Shown: positions 1 to 12,562, numbered from the whole stretch's first letter. The stretch is 62,511 nt of DNA, filler included, from Basidiobolus ranarum (GCA_040143965.1; 40 parts of 40 records of this genome joined end to end with filler, not necessarily neighbours in it), one strand, 5' to 3'. Made by a program: numbers and translations. The notes: generated by a model not told the origin, from the sequence alone.

Positions 1-1472
1 GCTGATCCATATAGGGCTTCAAATCGAGTAGACTTCTATAGCAATCTTGTTGGGCATCTGTTTTTGATACAGACTGCAGTGGAGACAGATTTGGCCCAAT
101 AATGGTAATCTAACTTTCACTCATGTAACATTGATCTTGCCATCTCCACTATGGTCCTATTAACATGTTCTGCAACTCCATGTTGCTGTGGAGTATAAGG
201 TACATTAGTTTTTGCTTAATTCCATATTCAGAGCAAAAACTAGCAAAGTCTTTAGTGCATTATTCTCAACCATTAAAACTCCTTAGTACTCTTATTTTTT
301 GTGCTGATTCTTTCTCTACCATTGTTTTGTAGTGTTTGATTGTAGCTGAGGCCTCAGATTTGGATTTGAGAAAGAATACCCAAGTGTATCTTGTTTTGTC
401 ATCAATTGAGGTCATAAAGTACCTTTTACCACCTAGTAAGATACTTTTCATGGGCCCACATAGGTCAGAACAAATTAGGGCAAAATTCTGAGTGAATTTG
501 ATCTCTACAGAGCTTGAAAATGGCTGTCTGTGATGTTTTCCATATAAGCAACCTTAGCAGAGATCCAATTTGGTGATATTTCCAATTTCCAAGCCTGAAC
601 CAAGCTGATTTTGGATCATTTGGGTCAATTTATGTTCTGCAATGTGGCCTAAACTTCTATTCCATGTTTGACAGCTTAATTTGCCAGTTTTAGCCAAGTT
701 TACATGCTCAAAATGCAATTTGCTGATTACTAGCTTGTACAAGTTTTGAATAATGATCCCAGTAGCTAATTTGGTAATATTCTGATCTGTGATAGTGCAT
801 CCAGCCTTACTGAGCCCAAGATTGAGTCCTTGAGTTGTTGCTTGGCTTACTGAGAGTAGATTCTTGGCTATATTTGGTACATAGAGTACATCATCTAATT
901 ATGCATATGGTGTAGCTGAATTTTGGTCTAAATTGAGTACAGCTGTGCCCTTACCAACTGCATGTAATGCATAGTCATCACCTAAGTAGACTTTTCTTAT
1001 TTGAATTGGTTTTAAGCTGAGAAACCAATCTTTCCTTTTTGACATACACTGGGGCAGCTGGAAAAACCAATATGTCTTGTTTGACTTATGATTGGAAGCT
1101 CCTGAATCAATGTACCACATTTCTGAGTCTTCTTTAGTGGTTGCTGATAGGGCCAACACAAATAGATGATCTCCATCAGTACTTACTTGATTTGCTTGTT
1201 CCAATTTTACCTTTTGGGCAAAAATCCTTTTCTGCAATCTTTGAATAAGTGGCCTGGTATCTTGCAATACTTGCAGATGATTAATTTCCTGATAGGGGCA
1301 CCATAATTGAAGCCTGTTGGAAGTTTTACAGCTCCAAGAATGCCTGTTTGGCATTATTTTGCTGAGAGTTAGATCTCCTTAATTCTTTGTTCAAAAGCCT
1401 AGGACCAACATATTTCATTGTTAATGGCTCTGATCTGGATTATAGGGCACTATGAGGTTCCCAAACTCATTT
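1..1472 (-). mobile_element. Ty1/copia gag-pol fragment (zinc knuckle, protease, GAG-pre-integrase, integrase core), degenerate
   Basis: WYIDSGASNH protease motif, KVYLGDDYAL, GGKRYFMTSIDDKTRYTWVFFLKSKSE integrase motif; many frameshifts and stops. Confidence 0.95.
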
Positions 1473-1572
1473 NNNNNNNNNNNNNNNNNNNNNNNNNNNN
1501 NNNNNNNNNNNNNNNNTTAATTAATTAANNNNNNNNNNNNNNNNNNNNNNNNNNNNNNNNNNNNNNNNNNNN
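1473..1572. other. Artificial contig linker N44-TTAATTAATTAA-N44 (first of 39 identical linkers)
   Basis: Identical 100-bp unit with stops in all six frames recurs every ~1.56-1.57 kb; contig lengths decrease from 1472 to 1459. Confidence 0.99.
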
Positions 1573-3043
1573 AGTATATTGGTAATACCATCAGCTTTAT
1601 GGTGAGTACTTTGGTATTGGATCAATGATCTGTACTTGGGTGATTTCAGCAAAACTTTAAGATGGGGAATCACTGGTATGTAAGCCAAATATCAACAATA
1701 TTTGCCTGATTCAGTGATTGCCAATTGTGTGCAATCAGTACATGACTTCAGGTTTTTCAGATCACTGGTGCAAGCCAAAAAACCATTCGGACATGAAGGC
1801 AGTTTAATTACTGAAGAGTTATAAGTCATATGATTGACAAGTGTTTTCACTTATACCAGGTCTGTGGCAAGCAACAGTTGCCAAGCAACTGTGGAAAAGT
1901 GTATGAAAACTAATAAACACCTGGTTACTAAGATTGGATTGAACTCTCCACTCCTCAATAATCAAACCTGCTTCCTTTACAGTAAGTGTTACGAGTGGAC
2001 TAATGTTTGCTGATAACAAAGAGTCCGTAACAAAACCATTGACTTCTTCTTCAACTTCTGGTTTGACCAAAGCTGCATTTCTACCCACATCATTCAGGTC
2101 ATAAAACTGTAGTAACTCCATGGTATCTTGACTTTTGGCAGTGTTACCAAAACCTTGAGGCAAAGTACAGTCAGTGGACACAATGGGCAAAACTAAAGTT
2201 GATTTAGTGCACTTATTGCTGTTGTTATACACCAGGCTTTTTACAGTGACCATGCTTGTGATTATTTTTCCTATGAAGCCTCCAGCTTTTGTAGCACAAG
2301 AATTTGTGACAATAATAGCAGGGCTTCTTTGAATGTCTGTGTTGTGGCACAACAAGGAGATTGTAGAAAAAACAACATCTCATACATAAGGGTGGTGTAT
2401 TAGGTATAGCCCATCAATATCATCAGCTGATTCTCAGATGGTGTCACAGATGAGTTATCAGGGAATTTACAAGATATTTTGGTAATGGATTGCAATTTTT
2501 GTTTATTATAAGCTGTTTCTAAGCAATTTCATTACATCAAGTTCACCATCTGAAAATTTCAATGCCATTCAAAAAGCATTCAAAATCAAAATCAGAATTG
2601 GCTTCCAAGCCAAAGCCTGCTGGCACAAGAGGAGAAAAAATAGCAAGAACAGAGGTCTTAATTGATGAGTAGGCTAGCAATCCACTATCCACTTTGGAAG
2701 CCATTAACATGCTGGAAACTAACTAAAGTAATGACAAAGCTTTAATCAATTTACCAGATGTGTTCTTTTCCAGCAATAGTGCAAGTGAGGAGATTGTAAT
2801 CCCCCACTTACATAGTAAGTCAATAGTGGAGCAAAGTTCAACCAAAAGCTATCAAGACCATCAACTACCAAAATAGCTACTTTGCCCACTATTGAACAAC
2901 CCTCTATAGAAAATTTGGATAGAATTAACACAACAAGGGAATTGCAGGCAGAACACCATAATGATTTGTATGCAATCATAAGTAAAAACTATGAAGTTGC
3001 TATACAGGCCATGACAAGCAATAATGCCACAATATTGCATTTA
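1573..3043. mobile_element. CACTA/EnSpm-like (CMC) transposon, central part: transposase 5' end (-), intergenic region, accessory ORF2 5' end (+)
   Basis: Minus strand ~1670-1800 gives CPNG..AC...L..CTDC...AYIPVIP (Tnp2-type Cys motif plus YIPLIPRL-like motif); near-identical sequence at 9060-9324, 19270-20304, 40755-41184, 57934-58912. Confidence 0.8.
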
Positions 3044-3143
3044 NNNNNNNNNNNNNNNNNNNNNNNNNNNNNNNNNNNNNNNNNNNNTTAATTAATTAAN
3101 NNNNNNNNNNNNNNNNNNNNNNNNNNNNNNNNNNNNNNNNNNN

Positions 3144-4246
3144 TACGCAATGATCGTCCAAATTTGACCCCATCATAATTAGATTTTTAAGATGTGAACA
3201 AGAGTCACCAACTATTCTCTCGATCCCTTCCGGTAATTGATCATTGATAAGATAAAGAGAAGTTAAATGAGAACCGCATCTCGTCAAGAGTTGCTCCCAG
3301 GGGACGGGGCTGACTGGTTGGTTCGGTCGACGAAATCGAGATAATTTGAGAGAAGACAAGTTGGTTGGAAGTATGTAAGCAAGTTGAAATAGCATTTGTG
3401 AGTTAAGCTCAACTCCATCCAATTCGAAACTCTGTAACTCAGACCAGGGACCATTGACCAATTCTAAGAAGTGTCCAATATCACCTTGATCAGGGTCTGA
3501 GTAAACGGGGTTCTCAAGTTTGAGACTGAAATGTTGTAAAGGTAGTATTAGCACTTTTAACATAGAATTTAGAAAACTTGTAATCAGAGGGACTCTTTCC
3601 TCAAGAGGTTCCCAGTATTGAAACCCGTCCCAAGTAATACTCAAGGAAGTTAAACGACTCGCTATCGGTAAAGGTTGAGTCAAACACTGATTTGGTTTCT
3701 CTCTTACATCAACACTTAATTCTTCCAATAGAGGACACTGTTGGAACAATTGACTTAATTGCAAGAAACCGCAATCCTCAAAATCCAAACGAAGGTTTCG
3801 GATTCTTTTCAAGTACGGAAAATGAAGACCTTCAAAAGAGTAACTTATCGGACGGCGGGGAAAGTATAGAAATTGTATATTGGGGAAACGATCCAACATT
3901 TTTTCGAGCCCGTACCATATTCTTAAATCCAAAATTCTAACTAGACGCAACTTGGAACCTGTAAAAAATTATGGTGTTAATACTTGAAAAATGGAATCGA
4001 AATCAAATGGTCAAGATTACCAGGAGGTGGATTAGGATTGTCTTTGACATATTGTAAGAAAGCCTTTGCTGATGTGAAACTAGCGGGTTTAGGACGACGC
4101 CACAGAATAGGAATGGCTACTTTGGACCAGGTGACATTGACTAAGCAACAGTTGGCAACGTCTTTGTTGTCAGGAAGTAGTTGCATAACCAGGGTCAATA
4201 TATCTAAAGGTAAGTTTACCCAACGTAACTCTTGCCAGCTACTCAT
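3144..4246 (-). CDS. F-box/LRR (RNI-like) protein, 3'-truncated; exon 4246-4021, intron 4020-3959, exon 3958-3144
   Basis: F-box motif LPLDILTLVM...CCLVNVTWSKVAIPILWR; 62-nt GTAATC..TATTAAC..TACAG intron joins in frame to LxxLxL repeats (CPLLEELSV, HLTSLYL, CSHLKNL). Confidence 0.88.
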
Positions 4247-4714
4247 GTTGTCTCTATTGTGTTGTATCGTATTTCAAAGAAGCAAACTCTAAGCAGTGTG
4301 ACTACTACTTGGGAAGAAGTCTTGAAAAATAAAATAGAAGTAACTACTACTATTGCTCATAGCTATGAAGGATTAGTTTCATCCTGCATCTCCGGTTTGC
4401 TTAATAATCCAACCTAATTTTGAGGCTTTCTCACTAAAAATGATGGTAATGATCATTGGCTGCGGGTGAGGTAGTTCAGAACCATATCAGTACACTCGTT
4501 ATCCATCCATCGGAGGTGGCATCAGAGGTGTGTTGGTGCATCCACAATAAATATTGGGTGCTTTACAAGGGTGATTTACAATGGTGGCCACGTATCAAAT
4601 ATTCAGAAAAAAGCNNNNNNNNNNNNNNNNNNNNNNNNNNNNNNNNNNNNNNNNNNNNTTAATTAATTAANNNNNNNNNNNNNNNNNNNNNNNNNNNNNN
4701 NNNNNNNNNNNNNN

Positions 4715-4895
4715 CTGGTAAGTTGGGCAGACATAAGAAACTGAAGTCGTATTCACCGATCCAACCCTGCCTTGTACACAAGTTACGCATATACCACTTG
4801 AGGTTGCTCTCTTCATCCGTGGCATAAGGGGTGGGTTCTGTAGAAATGAAATCTTTTTCATCGATACCTGTAACTATTGTTTCTTCTTTCTTCAT
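4715..4895 (-). CDS. NCS2/NAT xanthine-uracil (purine) permease, N-terminal fragment
   Basis: MKKEE...LCTRQGWIGEYDFSFLCLPNLP matches the T.EGLIGDYDY.FL..P.LP N-terminal motif of fungal UapA/UapC; TATAAA about 90 nt upstream. Confidence 0.8.
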
Positions 4896-6063
4896 TGAAC
4901 TAATGAAAGGATTCGGAAGAGTGGAAATGGGATGAAAGAGCTGAGGAATACTGAATTTGAGAGAAGGCAATGGCTTACTTTATATCAGAGTTTGTGGTGC
5001 CCATTTCGATAGATTGGGGAGTTTGTAACTAAGACTTGTTTTTCTTGACAGATACGATATGAGCACTTGTACTCCCTAAATTTTCCTTTTATATCGTTTG
5101 ATTTTGTTATGTGTAAAGTTCAAACTCCTGCTATCTTATCAATGACTGATAAAGAGTATTTTATGGTGTTTCGCCACCTCGGTTGTGTTAACCTAAACCC
5201 CGTGATATTAAGCATGGAACAAGGATGGCACCTGATAAATTACATATCACCATCCCGTTAGATAAGTTTAACCACCAGTCACAGGGTTCCTATCTCAAAA
5301 TCGGCAGAGAAGCTCGGATAATAACAGGCTTGTACGACCCAAAACCGTTTAAGTGAAATAGCGTGTGAAAGGGTTCAGTTGAAAATTAAGACTTGCATAT
5401 AATTACTTATAAAATATATATTAGGAATCATTCACTCCTCCGGTATATACTCATATTTGTCACGGGCAGCTCAGTGATTAAACCGGAATCAACTTCTCAC
5501 AATGGATTCTACAACATTCAATTCATTGGGGACTTCTATAGTAAATAAACTTGAAATAAGCTTGTTCCGAACTGACTGAAAAATAACTACAATCTACGGA
5601 ATTGATCGGATAGCAAAAAATTATCTTCCCAGGGATAATCCAAACGCTTGGTTTACTCTGGGTTTATTCCCAGTAGATAATCGGCCTAAAATGAGAACAT
5701 GGGTAATCGTGATGGAGATTTCAACTAGTTATGACTCGAATTAGATGTATTTTCAACTTTTTAGAGACTTTATCTTGCTGAATCGTTCAACCCGGAGCAT
5801 GTGTTAGTAACGGGTACAGCAGGAATGGTTTAGATTATTTGGGACCGTTATGTAACCAAATCTTATATGAATTACCACCATTTACAGAGATCACATGGAC
5901 TACATACCATAGCCTTGATTAGTGTGAACAGTGAATCAACTAACGTTGTATCAGTATGAGTTCAAATTTGGATTTTAATGAAGGTGTGCCTTGAATTAGC
6001 ATGATCGATTAAAAGTAATTTAGTTCTTACTAATTTGACTAATAAATGGTGGATGAATACAAT

Positions 6064-6184
6064 TTAGACTGGGTGTCCATTATTCTCCTCCTCTTCAAGA
6101 TCCTCAGCTTCTTTAGGCATTACCAAGTTCAAAATGATTGCTATGATCGAAGCAATGGTGAAACCAGAGTTCACAATCATTTCA
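6064..6184 (-). CDS. NCS2/NAT purine permease, C-terminal fragment (upstream tandem paralog)
   Basis: KMIVNSGFTIASIIAIILNLVMPKEAEDLEEEENNGHPV* resembles the last TM of UapA-type permeases (GF......A..LN..MP); not in ORF track. Confidence 0.78.
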
Positions 6185-6284
6185 NNNNNNNNNNNNNNNN
6201 NNNNNNNNNNNNNNNNNNNNNNNNNNNNTTAATTAATTAANNNNNNNNNNNNNNNNNNNNNNNNNNNNNNNNNNNNNNNNNNNN

Positions 6285-6438
6285 TCCAAAATCTTTTGGT
6301 CGCAAACACGATCTGAGTCGCCATCTGGCTACAGTACATAAAGGTGAAAGGCCTCACCAATGCCCTAGCTGTCAAAAGAATTTCTCAAGAAAAGACGGCT
6401 TGCATCGACACCTGATCAAAGGGTGTTCCAGCACTTGA
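6285..6438 (+). CDS. C2H2 zinc-finger transcription factor, C-terminal fragment
   Basis: PKSFGRKHDLSRHLATVHKGERPHQCPSCQKNFSRKDGLHRHLIKGCSST*; tandem C2H2 fingers with GERP linker. Confidence 0.9.
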
Positions 6439-6869
6439 CGGTCTTGAATTCAAACCATCTTATTCTTACTATGTGAAGTAGTCTTAGTGTTTTGTCTGAT
6501 TGTCTTATATTTTGGTTAGCTCTTGTATTTGTTCTAGTATCTTTTTTCGTATAGCGTTTTCCTAATTTTGACCAACTTTTCTGTTCCTCCGTGCACTGGT
6601 ATTTTGGTGTGTATTCGTACTTGACATGTATATGTATTTTATTGTAATTTCCTTTGCTTTGCTTTTCTTTGACAACACATGCTACTTCGTATTTTGCTTT
6701 ATAGTGTGCACAAATCGCTTTGGATCTCGATTGTTTTCTGCAATGTGATATTAATAATACATCAAAAATAGTCCATATATCTGATGGAGGAGTGCTATAC
6801 GATTGTAAACATTCGTTCAGTATGGTGCGGCATATACAGCACTGAGTGAGGATGATCAAGCCGAAATCA

Positions 6870-7754
6870 TTCAGGTTTTCATCTTGTTGCAAGGCTTCCT
6901 TCAGATCTTCTATAACATAGTCCTCCTTGGTGCTATCAAAGTGTTTGGGCGTTGGTTTGTAAACGACCACGTCAGCAGAGTAACCATCAGTTTTTATAAG
7001 GTTTGCAAAAACATTTTGTGCGTGATGACGCCTACTTTCTTTCTGCTCTCTAAAACTACAATGTGTGTTAATTACATACCCTTATACATTGTTATTTGAT
7101 GACACTACCTTTTAAAATTCAGTTTCGAAAAGTCAAACACTCAAGAACATATCTTGGTTATCATTGAATGCTGAGGATACTTTTTTGAAGCCTGTTGTGA
7201 AAGCCTTTAGGCCTGTAGGCGTAATGGAGATGAACCTGAACTTGAAGGAAGGCTCTGATGTCAAAGCGAACATTCTTGGTAAATCGTCTTGCTCATTGCT
7301 TTTATCGGGCTTTTCTGTCTTTTGGTACTACAATTTGTAGAAGAAGTTCATCACAAACTGCTTCAACAAGCTTCCTGTGCCCTGCGGATAAGGGATTTTT
7401 TTGTTCTGGCCAACTGTATTCAAGTCCACAAACTTTTTTGTAGCAGTATTCTTCTGTAATAGTCCTTCTCTCTCTCATGTTAAACTAATAAAGATAAATG
7501 TTAGCATAGAAGAGATGGGATTATCAAAGTAACATGATTTACGCACCCCCTTTGGCAGTATTGCCTTGAATTTTCGAATGAAAAAGGTACACAATCTTTC
7601 AAATAATTCAACAATATGATTTGTGTATGTTGTAGCTGTTTCAACACATGCTGGCGAAAGACATCAACTGTAGCCATTCACCAGTGAAGCAGTATATAAT
7701 ACATCATGTCCATTACTAAAACTCTCCCAACAGGCCAACAAGTCATCAGGGACT
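6870..7754 (-). pseudogene. Fanzor1-like (eukaryotic TnpB homologue) nuclease gene remnant with two introns; RuvC region missing
   Basis: Spliced translation: PDDLLACWESFS..GYS*CLSPACVETATTYTNHIVELFER / YCYKKVCG..WP..LPRMFAL..EPSFKFRFISI..MF..VFDFSKL / VFANLIKTDGYSADVVVYK; introns 7546-7485 and 7108-7056 are GT-AG and keep frame; one stop (7664-7666) and two frameshifts. Confidence 0.75.
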
Positions 7755-7854
7755 NNNNNNNNNNNNNNNNNNNNNNNNNNNNNNNNNNNNNNNNNNNNTT
7801 AATTAATTAANNNNNNNNNNNNNNNNNNNNNNNNNNNNNNNNNNNNNNNNNNNN

Positions 7855-7963
7855 GGGTAAGTCAAATAAGGATAATAAAATAGAAATTGTGCAATAGTAA
7901 TGATATGAGCTTGGAGTGGAAATAAGTCAACCTGCCAGTGGGTAGCAATGCTACCCCACTACA
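7855..7963 (-). repeat. Terminus of LTR family E (starts TGTAGTGGGG on -), inserted in the CACTA element
   Basis: Nearly identical to 60030-60138; ends ...CCCCACTACA; flank is CACTA sequence matching 60723 onward. Confidence 0.8.
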
Positions 7964-9324
7964 GCGTAACTCCATCTTTATCACCAAAAAGTCTGTTTTG
8001 CAGCTTTCCTAGAAATACCATCAGATTATTACACAAACTAACTAGTCCAAATTATAGAGGTACTTACTTGGTATCCATGGATTGGGCATTGTTGCTGTTA
8101 TTGTGCTCAAACAATGTGAAAACCTGTGAGTACATTGAAAAGAGCCCTTTGTTGGAAGGTTAATGTACTCTAGAGTCTCTTTAACCTATTGCATTACATC
8201 CATCACTGGTTTTGCTGTTACATTATAAAGCAGATTAATATATGGTAATACTGACAATTTCACATGAAGCATCATCTCACCACAGATGCACTCCATTGGG
8301 AACTCCCAGAATGTATAGCAAGGGCCTATAATCTCTCAGCATTGTAAAATATGCAGCAGGGAATGTATTGAATACCAGCATAGTTTCAGTCTAACTTCTT
8401 AAATCCGGTGATGCAATTTTTGTATCCATTACAAAGTCTTTGCACAGTTGCTGTATCTGCCTGAGATCAGCCAATGCAAGTTGATGCCATAAGAATATAT
8501 TAACAATATCCAGAAACAAATCCCAATGTTGCCAATACTTATCAGGCAGAAATCTTCTCAAGATTCCACTTGAATATACACAAATCCAATACTTCCAGTC
8601 TTTGCATTTGAATAAATGCCTAGATTGGTGGATATTGATGGGAGTCCTGGCTAACTATGATGGTATCTTGACGTTTTCAAACATTTTCCCACTTGATTCA
8701 AACTTTGATACCAACTCAAATGGCCCATTTATGTTAAATTTTCCATATATAGCTGTGTAATTAGTATTGGAATGATGTTGAATAGCAAGTGCATGGTCCT
8801 AATGGCAAGCTCAGGCTCTAGCTGATCCCCTTTGGCAATACAATCATAGGCTTATGGCTAATACCTAGTTTGATATTAGTTTGACTATTTGATGAATTGA
8901 CTTCAATGATCATGTTAAAATGTGACCAGGCTCTTGAAGGTAAATTCATGGAGTTTAGTTTTGTATTTAGATAGTAGTAGTGCATACACCTGACTGAGTA
9001 GACTCCATTGCTTTGACAAAATCTACAGCAAAACAGTACATTGGGCCCACTGGTTATTTTTTTATGAAGCCACCAGCTTTCATAGCACAAGAATTTGTGA
9101 CAATAATAGCAGGGCTTCTTTAATCATTTGTTTTGTGGCATGACAAGGATATTGTGGAAAAAAGAACACCTTCTATGTAAGGGTGGTACTATAGGTATAG
9201 CCCATCAATATCATCAGCTGTTTCTTAGATGGTGTCACCAATGAGTCATCAGGGGATTTACAAGATATTTCTGGTAATGGATGGCAATTTTGATTTATTA
9301 TAAGCTGTTTCTAAGCAATTTCAT
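7964..9324 (-). mobile_element. CACTA/EnSpm-like transposase pseudogene, C-terminal half with internal deletion
   Basis: CRFC..G.Y..HYYY; MHLLFN; RTPINI...FKCKDWKYWICVYSSGILRRFLPDKYWQHW; IHSLLHI..IGPCYTFWEFPME(C)ICG (~8281-8370), matching the H.L.H..GP..W.FP.ER signature. Confidence 0.88.
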
Positions 9325-9424
9325 NNNNNNNNNNNNNNNNNNNNNNNNNNNNNNNNNNNNNNNNNNNNTTAATTAATTAANNNNNNNNNNNNNNNNNNNN
9401 NNNNNNNNNNNNNNNNNNNNNNNN

Positions 9425-9615
9425 TTTGAGATATTCAGGAGTTTGTGTAATAAGATATAATAGATAAGTGGGGGTAATAAGACATACTTGTTATATAGAT
9501 ATAGATATATTCCTATTTAGAATATAGGGGCTATAAATACGTTGCTTTCTGTTTCTGATATATGTATCATAACTAAAGTTAACTATGAAGTTGAATAAAG
9601 ATTAATTATCCAACA
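9425..9615 (-). repeat. Copia LTR family C (partial), inserted into a copia RT
   Basis: Ends ...CCAACA, interrupts LGIQIKI; matches 35101-35167 plus 35544-35667. Confidence 0.85.
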
Positions 9616-10893
9616 ATCTTAATTTGGATTCCAAGATAGAACCTCAGTTCACCAAGATCAGTCATTTTGAATTTGGCAGATAAGCTGGATTTGGTGTCCT
9701 CCAAAGTCTTCAAGTCATTGGTTGCTTTAATAAGATCATCTACATATAAGGCTAATAAAACTGGGTTTGTCTTATCTGGCCTGAAGTAGGTACTATAGGC
9801 AGCATTACTCTTTTGGAATTTGAGTGTTTGCAAATAAGCATCTATCTTGCTATTCCAAGCTCTTGGAGATTGTTTTAAGCCATAGGGTGTTTTCCAGAGT
9901 CTGCAAACTTTCAGGGTTTTCTGGGTCCACAAATCCATCTGGCTAGTCCATATAAATTTCCTCAGCAAGTTCAACATTCAAAAAGGCAGTTTTAACATCA
10001 ATTTGATGTATAATAAACTGATATTTAGCTGAAATTGCTAAAATCAATCTAATTGAATTGAACTTTGCTACAGGAGCAAAAGTTTCTGTTTAATCTATTC
10101 CTGGCATTTGGGAATAGCCTTTGGCTACTAGTCTAGCATTGTACCTTTCTATATTGTCATCAGAGTTGTATTTAACTTTAAACACCCATTGGTAGCCAAT
10201 TGATTTTCTATCATCAGGTAAGTTGGTTAAAATCCATGTTTAATTATCAAAACAAAGCCTGGTATTCATCAGCCATTGCAGATCTCCAAAATTTCATGTG
10301 AGCGCCATTCAGAGCCTCTTTGACAGTCTGGGGTTCATGTATTTGAGCTGTGCAGGCATAGGCCCAATTTTGGGACTCATTGATATAGTAATCAGGGCTA
10401 TTTCTGATCCAATATGATCTCCTGGTTTTGGATAAAGGTATTACAACTCCTGGCCTTGTATTGGGCACTTCAGTAGGGAAAATTTTGGTTGCAGGTTCCA
10501 CAGGAATGCTATTTTCTTCACTTTTTATTTGAATCAATTTCAATGATTGGATCAGGAGAAAATTGATTTTTGTCATCATCTGAGGTCATTCTGGGTGAAA
10601 ATGTTTCATTTTCATTAAACAAAACAATCCTGGACTTGATTAAATGGAAGTTTTGGTATCATAGAGTCTGTAGGCCTTAGTTTGAGTACAATAACCCAGA
10701 AAAATGCATTTCTTACTTTTTGGATCAAAGATAGACCAATTTTTGGTCATAATTTTAACATGGGCAATGCATGCAAAGATCCTCAAATGTTTTACATCAG
10801 ATTTAACTCCAAACCAAGCTTGATATGGTGTTGAGTTAGAAAGGCCTCTAGTGTAACTCCTATTCTTCATATATACAGCTATAGCAACAGATT
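9616..10893 (-). mobile_element. Ty1/copia pol fragment (integrase C-term/SH3, RT)
   Basis: DPKSKKCIFLGYC, EPQTVKEAL..W.SAMADE, YGLKQSPRAW, LYVDDL, MTDLGEL. Confidence 0.95.
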
Positions 10894-10993
10894 NNNNNNN
10901 NNNNNNNNNNNNNNNNNNNNNNNNNNNNNNNNNNNNNTTAATTAATTAANNNNNNNNNNNNNNNNNNNNNNNNNNNNNNNNNNNNNNNNNNNN

Positions 10994-11214
10994 ATTGGAA
11001 AGGATACTCAACAAATGATCAATCATGGGAGCCAGCAACAAATCTTTCCAATTCCAAGGAACTTTGCCAGGAGTTTCATGAAGCCTACCCAGAAAAACCT
11101 GGCCATGGCTATCTTCCTTGTCCAGTCTTGTCTTGTGGTCTACACCCAAGTACTCTCCTGCCTTCTAGTCTCTTGTTGTTGTTCTCAGTCCTTGTCCAGT
11201 TCCTTATTGTGACA
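10994..11214 (+). mobile_element. Ty3/gypsy chromodomain end fused by deletion to the LTR 3' end (..TTGTGACA), inserted in a copia RT
   Basis: WKGYSTNDQSWEPATNL matches 46664-46773; LTR tail matches the reverse complement of 57389-57500. Confidence 0.88.
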
Positions 11215-12462
11215 AATACACTATATAGAAACTTTTGCTCCTATATCATTGTTTAATTAGTTTTGGCAATTTTGGCTAAATACCAATGTGTTGTGTATGA
11301 AATAGATATTTCAGACAGCATTGTTGAATGATGAGCTTGCTAAGCCCATCTATGTGGACCAGCCAAATAGGTTTGTGGATCTGGAACATTATATCATAGT
11401 GTGTAGACTCCAGAAAACACTCTATGGCTTAATACAATCTCCAAAATCTTCAAATAGCAAGAGAGTTATTTGTTATCACCTCTGAGCTTTAAAAGATTAT
11501 TACTGACTACAGTATCCATGTCATGCCTGATAAGACAAGAGTAGCTTTATTAGCCTTAAGCATTAATTATCTTATGACTGTAATCCATGGCTTGTAGATT
11601 GTAGAGAAAATAAATCCAGCTAAGCTGCAAATTCAAAATCATTGATCTTGGTAAATTGATGTACTTTCTTAATATCCAAACCAAAATAGGTAGAAGTTTC
11701 AAAGTAATACATTAAAGCCAGTCTGAGTATGTCAGAGATAAAACAAAGAGGTTGAAAATGAAACACTTGTATCCATCACAGAGTGTTATGAATGATGGAT
11801 CTATTGAAAATTCTGATACACATGGTTGCTGACTTACATAAACAATATTTTCAATAAGTGTAATGCTCTTATACTTGATGATGAAAGTGACTAAATTGTG
11901 AAATCCATTTTTAATGAACCTCATAAGAACAAGAGTTAAATGATCATTACAGGGTAAACTTTTAGGGCTACATTAATGTTACATTGTTAAACAATGTATA
12001 CATTCAATAAATGAACTCATGATCTTTTTCTGAAGAATAGATCTTGCTGTCATATCTTTCACTCATTTCTAATTGGCCAATCCCTTCATTATCTTAACTG
12101 TTGAAGTAATTTGGGAGCTTGTTGGAAGTGGATTGTATAACTAGAAGAATTGGAGGATTTTGTTGATATTAACATTGCCTAGGCACCAATATACTCATAT
12201 ATGGCTTAGTACTTGGTTACCTTATATTTCAAAATGATATTACCCATTGTTCTCCACCACAATTAACTTAGAATATGTTGAGATTAGCATTGCCTAAACA
12301 CCTATATAGTCATATATAGCTTAGTACTTAGTTATCTTATAATTCACCAAGATATTATCAATTATTCTCAATTGGAATTTACTTGGAATATTTTTACCAA
12401 CTTAGAAGTTCTCAGATATATAGATTTTTCAAACTTGTGCTAGAAGCCCCAAACTGTACACA
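11215..12462 (+). mobile_element. Degenerate copia RT followed by two nested starts of LTR family A (12161, 12276)
   Basis: ETFAP, MDQP..FVD, QKTLYGL remnants; TGTTGA.ATTAGCATTGCCTA LTR starts. Confidence 0.8.
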
Positions 12463-12562
12463 NNNNNNNNNNNNNNNNNNNNNNNNNNNNNNNNNNNNNN
12501 NNNNNNTTAATTAATTAANNNNNNNNNNNNNNNNNNNNNNNNNNNNNNNNNNNNNNNNNNNN

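Noticed and set aside
6416-6870. 3' part of the 184-aa ORF (TQCCICR..) as the Fanzor RuvC/zinc finger
   Set aside because: No DPG, catalytic Glu or NRD motif. It runs antisense through the AT-rich 3' region of the C2H2 gene and is probably chance read-through.
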